64,000 bases of DNA from an uncultured virus (IMG/VR IMGVR_UViG_3300021400_000104). Taxonomy: Duplodnaviria > Heunggongvirae > Uroviricota > Caudoviricetes. Positions within the stretch are counted from its first letter, which is position 1, and each line of letters begins with the position of its first letter. The stretch lies in the IMG/VR virus record IMGVR_UViG_3300021400_000104. The stretch is one strand, 5' to 3'. Of this stretch, positions 56,264 through 64,000 are shown one piece after another. The position numbers and the translations under genes are program-made. The notes beneath the pieces are model-generated. The model saw only the letters and a program-made list of their open reading frames with translations. It had not been told where the DNA came from and made no database searches.

Positions 56264-59200
56264 TTATCTCCTTAAAATTACGGATGAGCCTTGAGGTCTA
56301 GCTGCATCAACAATTTCTTGTTTCATACGCTCAATTGCATTATCCATATCTACTTCACTGGAGATACTCTCTATATTAATGTTGACTTCGACATTAGTAT
56401 CTCCAACAATCTAAGAAAAACCAGTAGAAGTTAAATTAGAGTTAAGTAATGGGATAGAGGAAAGAAGTTGCGCCGCATTACCGATACGTTCTGTATCCTT
56501 TGCGGATAAAAAGGCTTCTGGTTTAACCGGAGAACCGTCTACCCAAGCGGGGCCGGTATAATTAACAAGTCCACCTTTTGCATATTTAAGAAATTCTGAT
56601 GGAATCCATTCGTAATACCCTTGTTGTCCTATTGCTAGCTCTTCTCCATTTTTCTTCCGTTGATTTATAATATTTTTATTTTGCCTTGCCCATTCTTCTA
56701 CAATAGTATTATATGCGGTAATAGGTGGATTATCGTCAGAAGGATTATAAATATTAGCGCTACGCATCGCGTTCATTAATAGAGTTTTATCCTTACTATT
56801 GTAAAGATTTTTCACTATAAAATCATAAAGCCCGTGATTTCCGAACTAATCATTAATTCCGTTTCCATTTGCGATATATGTAATACCCTATTTATATAAT
56901 GAACTGTCCTTATTAATAAAACGTTCTTTTTGATTTGAAAAACCGTCATGTAATTTTGCTGCGCCACTTTTCCCTGGAACTTCTGCCTGATATTCCCAAA
57001 GTCCAGTCGCCGAATTTTTAACAATTTGCCCCTTGCCCTTGTTGGAAACCATACTATTTTGAGCTCGAGTGAGTGAAGCAGATACTTTATAAGAAGACAA
57101 GCCACTTTTACTCCCTGTTTCATTATATGCTCCAATTCCAATACTATTTCCAGTACTTGTATTATCTCTAATTTCTTTCAATAAATCATTCTACTCTCTG
57201 ATAGCAGTTTCCAAACTGATCTTGGCGTTTTCTAAATTATCCTTAGCAGAAGTTATAGCCTAATCTACTTTATCAATTCCCTCATTAACGAATCTCTCAG
57301 CTTCATTAATTTCTGCTTCAGAAGTTGTCAATAAAGTCTAATTAATCAATTCATTATTACCATTAAGTGCCTCTGCCATCTAACTTCCGTCATAATTATG
57401 ATAAAGTTCAATAGAATCATAATAATCTTCCCAATCTCTTATCTGCTATTCAAGTTTAGCATCTGACATTTCTGTAACTTCTTTATTATTAGCAATCATC
57501 CAAGCAGTAACATCATCAGGACTTGTCCAGCTACTTATAATCTAAGTTGCCTCTCTTATAATAGCCTATTCGTCAAGACTTTGCTCCTATAACTCAATTT
57601 CTCTTTCTCTCTATTCTTTCTATAAATCATACATCTATTTCAAATTATCTAATATATCATCAACAGTATCATCAAGAAGCGACTATCTATCAGATTCAAT
57701 TTCTTCATTTAATTTATTTAACTCAAGTCTATTTACTCCACTTGTATCTCTTGCAAGTAATGCTGCTTGGCTCTCTTTCTTAGCTAAGTCTTCCCATTTA
57801 TTCTACTAATCTCTTAATTTTCTCTATCTATCTATTGCATCTTGAAGAGCATCTAAATATTCACTATCTGCATCTGTCATAGCTTCATTTTTCTCTTTAT
57901 TGGCGTCTATCTCTTCTTGGTATTTATCTTTCAAAACTTTAATAACTTCATCTTCAACTTTTACATATCCATCAACAATTTTCCTTTCAAATTCTTTTAA
58001 TTCTTCGCGACGTTTCTCCATAGCTTCGTCAATTTCACGAACTTTCTTATTACCCTTATTAATTTCATCTATTACATTTTCAATCATATCTCTAACGTCA
58101 TCAGGAAGATTTGCAGCATTAAGTTTATCAAAGTCAACTGCTAATATGCCAGTTAATGGATTCTAATAATAATATTGACTTATATCTGTTGAAATATTAC
58201 TGTTATATTTCTTATTTAATTCCTAAATTTTTGATGCAATGCCAGTGTCTAATTGTCTCTAATAATTAGCAATAGACTATTCATAAACTTTTCTTTCGGC
58301 TTGCTATACAGAAGATTCCTATTCAAGTAAACTGCGATAATCTTCTAAAGAACCTTGCATATCATCAGTAGTTAAATTATCAATTTTGTCTTTTGTTTTA
58401 TCTATTTGATGCTAAATTTCTTCGAGCATATTATTATAATTATACATAGTATCTAACTTATTCTTCTTATTATCAGTACCATATAGAGTTTCATTTAATT
58501 TTTCTTGTGCTTCAATAACTTTTTTCTATGCTTCTTCGACCTTCTTAGTAGCATCTGCAATTTTTTTACTACTATCTTCAACAGTCTTTGTACCTTTCTT
58601 TATTGCCTCGTCCTCAATTCGAGCCAATCCTTTTATATATGCACCTTCATTAGCAAATTTAGATTTCCAAAAATTATCATCAGCTAATTTTTTCTAACCC
58701 TCTTTAATTGCTTCATTATATTGTTTAAGTGTCTCTTTAACTTTCTCTCTATATTCCGGGCTTTCATTTATTTTATTTGCCATAGTATTAAACATTTTTT
58801 GAATGTTATTAGCATCATACTCTGTTCCACTCAATTCAGTTCTGAAAATTCTCGCTGCCGCGGCTGCATCATAAGTGCGCTTTGTGACATCTCCCATGCC
58901 ATCTGCCTAATCAATAATAGTCTAATATGTATTTCTTTCCTAAATAAGCTGTTCAATACCTGCTTCATATTCCTATTTAGCTTTAGCAATCAATTCATCT
59001 TTTCCTGATATAAGTCCCTATGTATCTTCATACAATTTATCATATAGGAACTAAATATCTCCATCTGAATTAGTGGAGAAATAATCAGAAGCATTTAATC
59101 TTAATTTATCAATTTGTTCTGTAATTTTCCCTTTGCTTAAAGGGTCAATAAATCCATTTTCAACCTATTCAGAAATATAGGAGCTAACATTATTAAATGC

Positions 59201-62200
59201 CTCATAATATCCACTTATTGTTGTTTCAATACTATTTTCAATATTTTCTAATGCGCCACTTGATCTAATTGTCAAATCAATTGCATTATACTTTTCTGCA
59301 CTATTAAAGAAATTACTCCACAACTAATCAATAGTATCCTAATCAAAAGAGTCTCCCATTGCTGTTTGCATAATACTAATAAACTATTCACGCATAGTAT
59401 CAAGATTTGTTAAATCAATATTTTCCCAATCAAACGCCTATAGCGCGGCAGTAGTCATAGTTTCATCTAATCCAGCAGCTTCAGCACTATCTACTAGAGA
59501 TCTTATAAATTGTCCTGCTAAATCTTCGTCTTCTAATTTCTTCTCAGCTTTATTAAATACTTCAGAGATTTGTGTCAATGTATTTGTAGACCAATTTTCA
59601 TTAACTCTCCCAAGAATATCTTTTACTTCTTCTTGTAAGTCAATTAACTATTTAGAATATTCTCCTGTTATTTGATTTTTAATTTCTTCAACTACTTCTT
59701 CATTCAATCCAAGAGAATCAATAAAATTGTTAATAGCGTCAATTTCAGCTTGAGTTGCTCCATCAGAAAGTTGTCCTAAAAGATTAGTTAATTCTTGATA
59801 ATCTGTTTTTCCTAAATTTTTTAGTGCTACTTGAGTCTCTTCTGTAAGTTTTTCCAATTTCGTAGCATTTGCAATTATAGTTAAAATTTCCGCCTATCCT
59901 GCTGAATCTCCTGCACGCTTTAGCCATTCAGCGTCAGCAGCATCATCATAAATTTTTTCCCAAGCCTTAATAATGTCATCAACTATTAATTTACCATCTT
60001 CTCCTAAACCAGCGGCAATTAGCTGATCAGCAAGTTCTCCAGTAATTTCGTTATCTTTTCTTTCTCTTAGTTTAGCAAGACTAGAAAAGCTATTTTCAGA
60101 TACGCCAAAGCGAGCACCGCCAAGCTAATTAGTTAAAGAATTAATATTTTTATTCTATTGGCCTAATGTGAAGAGACCAGCTATTGGACTTAACATTCCA
60201 GGAATATTAGCATATTCAGTCCAATAACTACCATTTTCAGCATTTACTGTTTTAAATCTCTCATCATTAATATTTTCAGCATTTTTTGCATTAATTGCTC
60301 CTACGGCAGTCCAAAGAGCGTTTTCTCCTTCGGTTAATTCTTCTCCTCTATTAGCAGCATATTCCTAAGCAATAATCTATCCTGTCTATTTATAACCATT
60401 TTCAATATTTGCAGAAATCTAGTCAGCAGCATCCGATAATATTTTGCTTAAATTACTATTTGTGTCTAATAAGGCTTCATATGTTTTGTTTTGTATTTCT
60501 AAAGAATTTTCCCAAATCTACTGTCCATCATCATAAGGAATTTCCAAAATTTCAGCAAGCTATCTTAAATCTGTATCATCAAAATTTGGAATATAGTTCG
60601 TAGGTAAATTTTCTCCAATAGACTTACCTTCTTCAGAATAATTTTTAATTAAATCTTCTACTAAACTTGCCTACAATCCTGTATTAGAAGAAACCTAACT
60701 AATAATATCTTTTTCGTTAGCTTTTGTATTAAGAGATACTGCTGACATATTCGCTGCATTAGCAACTTTTCTATCTATTTCAACTTGTCTTTCTTGCTAT
60801 TTAATAATACTATCCCATAAACCTTCCTAAATTCTTAATTCTCCAGTTATCTCATTATAATAAGAAACAATTTCTGGGAAAGAACTTTTTATTTCATTGA
60901 CTAATGAGTTATATTCCTGCTATTCTTCCTCTGTTTTAACTACTTTTCTTGATAATTCTTCATAACGTTCTTTTAATTCTTTAGTATGCTCGGCAGTCTT
61001 CTTGCTATCTTCCGCAACCTTTTTAGTTTCACTTGCATAGCTTTTAGCCTCTTTGGCGCTTTCCTTGATTGCATTAGTATTATCTTGCCAAGCCTCTTCC
61101 GTAGTTTTAATATTTTTAATTTCCTAAATTGTTAATCCAATTACAATACCTAATACAGCTGCAATTCCCGCGATTGCCAAGGAAATTCCTGCTGTTGCTG
61201 CCGCGGCAGCAAGCCCTACAGTAGCAACTCCAGCTAAAAATTGGGGGATAATTACCGCAGCTGCAGAAATCATTGTATTTTGAAGAGTAATTTTTATTAC
61301 ATCGAAAGGATTATTTGATGCTATAGCGGTTGTAATAGATGAAGTAAGTGCAGTAACAAAAGCGACACCGGCCGCTTGTCCTATCTGAGCGTACTAGGCC
61401 TAAGTATTAGCTTTTATTTTATCACTTAAAACCTTCTACTCTTCATTAGTTAATCCTTCTTGATTAAGTTTTCCACCAGAATATTCAAATACTCCCTTAG
61501 CAATTATGCCTGAAGCGCCAGTAGAAGTAAAAATTTTCCCTAAGCTAGCTTGCAATCCTGGTATACTCTACTATGTTGCTGTAATTAAATTACTAAAAAC
61601 TCCCTATCCCGCGAGAACTCCTGACGTCTAAAGCAATTTAAGCGTTGTAGCAAGTGCCGCACCAATTCCTAAAATTTTAGTAGGCCCAATTTCATTCATT
61701 TTATCTACAACTTTTGTTAACCATTCAATAACTCTCTTAAATACATCACTATCAATCAAAGAAGTCCTAAACTGTTCCCAAGAATTTTTTAACTAATTAA
61801 CTTTATATTCTACAGTATCTTGATATTTAGCAAACTATTGCTCTGATCTACCAGCAGAATCTTGAGCGACAGAAACTAGTTCCATAGTTCTATCATAGTC
61901 CTCCATCATAGCAATAAAACGTGACTATTGACGAGAACCCGCAGCAATGGTAGCAATATACCTCTGTGTATTTCTATCTAAAGATTTCCATTTAGAACTT
62001 AATTCAAGGAATACTTCATCCAGATTTCTGAACTATCCGTTTGCATCTTTAATACTAATTCCAACACTTTTTAACGCTTTATCAACTTTATTAAATTCCA
62101 AATCATCAAATTCAGACTAATCTGTTCCAGCAACATTCTCTTTTAATTCAGTAAAACGTGCGATAATAGTTTTCATCGCAGTACCAATATTTTCAGGAGC

Positions 62201-63919
62201 TTCCTAAGTAGTCTCAATCATATTAGTAAGGAAAGCTGCAGTTGATTCAAAACTCATACCTGCTGAACTTGCAATAGATGCAGTCTTACTCATCGCATAG
62301 GCAATACCATTTACATCTGCCGCAGCATTAGCAGCAAGTTCTGAATATACGTCGGTAACATGAGCGCCCTAGTCCATTTCCAAATGGAAACCACGAAGGG
62401 CAGCTGTCATCTGCTAGGTTGCAGTCTCAAAATCTGCTCCTGCCAAAGTTGCAAGTTTCATAGTATCTTCAGTAAGTTTTAACGCTTCATTTGTATCAAG
62501 ACCTTGCTGATAGAATAATGCAGATGCCTTAATCGCAGATTCTGTTGACTGCCCTAATCTGTTAGCAATATCTGTATACTAGCTATAAGTATCCCACAAC
62601 CCAGCAACAGTTTTGTCTGTTACCATTGCAATTGATGCAAAAGCCTTATCAAGAGATTGTACATCAGAGAAAGTCTATCTGATGATATTTCTTAATTGAT
62701 AATAAGCATTTCCTAAAGAAAAAATATAAGCAATTCTGCTTTTTAACTAATTTAATGTATTATTAAACTTCTACTAATTATTTGCTGCCTATTGGGTATC
62801 TTGAATTGTTTTTCTTAAAGTTTGTAAGTATCCTTGAGTCTATCCTTTCATACCTTCAATAGCATTATTATTATTTCTATATATTGTTTCTAATTCTTTT
62901 GTCTAATTCGAAGTTCTTTCTTCTGCTTGCTTAATATTTTTATGCGCCTGTTCATTTTTTTTAATTTCTTCACTATTTCGGTTTAATGAATCATTAAAAC
63001 TATCCATATCTTGAATGTTTTTTTCTGTCTATTTCTAATTATTTACAAGTTCTTTATCGAGATTTTTTAATACATTCTGTACTGGAGCAACATTTTCCTA
63101 AAATCTTCTAATTCCTTCAGCAATTTTATTCTCAATTGTTGCAGTATTTGTTGCTGTTATATTATGCTCAGTTAAAAACTGGGTAAAATCTTTTGTTGCT
63201 TTTTTTGCATTAGTAGTAGATGAGACAATTTTGACAAAAGCCTCTTTTATCTAATCTAATTGCTATAAATTTATATTTTCTCCTGTTGTAATGTCTTTAA
63301 AATTATTTGTTCTAAATCCAACTTTTGAAACAGAAGATAACTAATTATTTAAATTATTAGTAGCATTTTGTTTTTCTTTTTCTAATTCCTGTCTTTTCTA
63401 TTTTTGTATATCTAACTATTCCTAATATACTTCTTTAACTCTCTTCTAAATTTCTTCTAAACTTTTACCTTCTTTTACTGCTTCGATAATTTCCTTTTTT
63501 AGCGCGGCAGCCTAACTTCCTTTTATAGAGCTTGTATCTACTTTAAAAGTATTTGAAAACTATTTAGCTAAATCAACAGCTTCTTTTTTTAATTTATCGA
63601 CCTCTTGTTCAGCTTCTTTTATCTATCTTTTGAAATTGTCTGCATTTATATTGTCAAGTGAATTCCCAATTTTAATAATATTCGTTTCTAATTTATTAAC
63701 ATTATTTTCAAAAGTTTTTAATTCTTTCGGAGAAGAAAAACCCTTTTCTGCCTAAGCCTTTAATGTAGCTCCTAATTCTTCAACTTTTTTAATTTCTTTA
63801 TCTAAATTTCCTAAGAGTTCAATATTTCCTCCTTTAGAAACAGAATCTCTTACCTATTTTATTGCAGATAATATTTGCGATATATCAAATACGCCTCTGT
63901 ATTCAATTTTTTCAGTCAT
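56264..63919 (-). CDS. Tail tape measure protein (~2551 aa, TP901-like core)
   Basis: ATG at 63919 with a GAGGTGA RBS; LDKAFASIAMVT, IGTAMKTIIARF and IAAGSRQ[Q]SRFIAMM motifs; hydrophobic Ala/Gly region, long coiled coils and C-terminal YAKGGLVNYTGPAWVDG. Very TAG-rich; continuity inferred from in-frame fragments. Confidence 0.88.
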
Positions 63920-63934
63920 TTAACTCACCTCTTA

Positions 63935-64000
63935 TTAATCAAAATTTGATAAATTAAAACTGATTCCTTTAAAAATTATTCTAGCTTTTAAGTCTTTAAT
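63935..64000 (-). CDS. 3' end of an upstream tail gene (partial)
   Basis: ...IKDLKARIIFKGISFNLSNFD followed by TAA TAA. Confidence 0.4.
   Translation of the reverse strand: MKDLKARIIFKGISFNLSNFD

Larger units (their letters stand above)
1..64000. other. Segment of a large tailed phage genome using genetic code 15 (TAG=Gln)
   Basis: Tape measure, Dit and Tal-like tail genes plus a phage-type replication cluster. In-frame TAG falls at conserved Gln positions in many genes, and all read-through genes end in TAA or TGA. Confidence 0.95.

Noticed and set aside
5910..61208. Regular ~11-12 kb spacing of TGCCGCGGCA palindromes
   Set aside because: Gaps are about 11.9, 11.3, 25.2 and 7.0 kb; too few sites and too inconsistent to claim periodicity.
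1..64000. TAG as pyrrolysine or occasional read-through
   Set aside because: TAG alternates with CAA in repeats, occurs in tandem, and no pyl genes are visible.

Overview
This window is an internal segment of a large, AT-rich (roughly 30% GC by eye) tailed dsDNA phage. The host is probably an anaerobic Firmicute (Clostridia), inferred from sigma-A promoters with TG-extended -10 boxes, GGAGGTGA ribosome-binding sites, class III RNR, an HPr-like gene and an M23 peptidase. The main feature is TAG stop-codon reassignment to glutamine (translation table 15). The supplied ORF track fragments most genes at TAG; reading TAG as Gln gives intact, tightly packed genes ending in TAA or TGA. Layout: minus-strand fibre-like and small genes (1-5218); a plus-strand nucleotide metabolism and replication arm (5349-39719: RNase H, ligase, two DNA MTases, NrdH/NrdD/NrdG/TrxB, GyrB/GyrA, SSB-like, Sak4-like, PIN-PhoH, helicase, primase, RecJ, DnaE, ClpP, dUTPase, RuvC, three endonucleases); a minus-strand six-gene Gln/Gly/Cys-rich module of unknown function (39747-42652); and a minus-strand tail module (43217-64000: M23 peptidase, two Tal-like proteins, Dit, ~2550-aa tape measure). 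Other notable signals are very uneven TAG use between genes, an HPr homologue lacking the His15 equivalent but keeping Ser46, an over-represented GCCGCG/TGCCGCGGCA motif, a high-GC TAG-free fibre tip and a possible degenerate TtcA/TilS-like protein. No tRNA, rRNA or CRISPR array was seen. All calls come from manual translation and motif recognition; no database searches were run.
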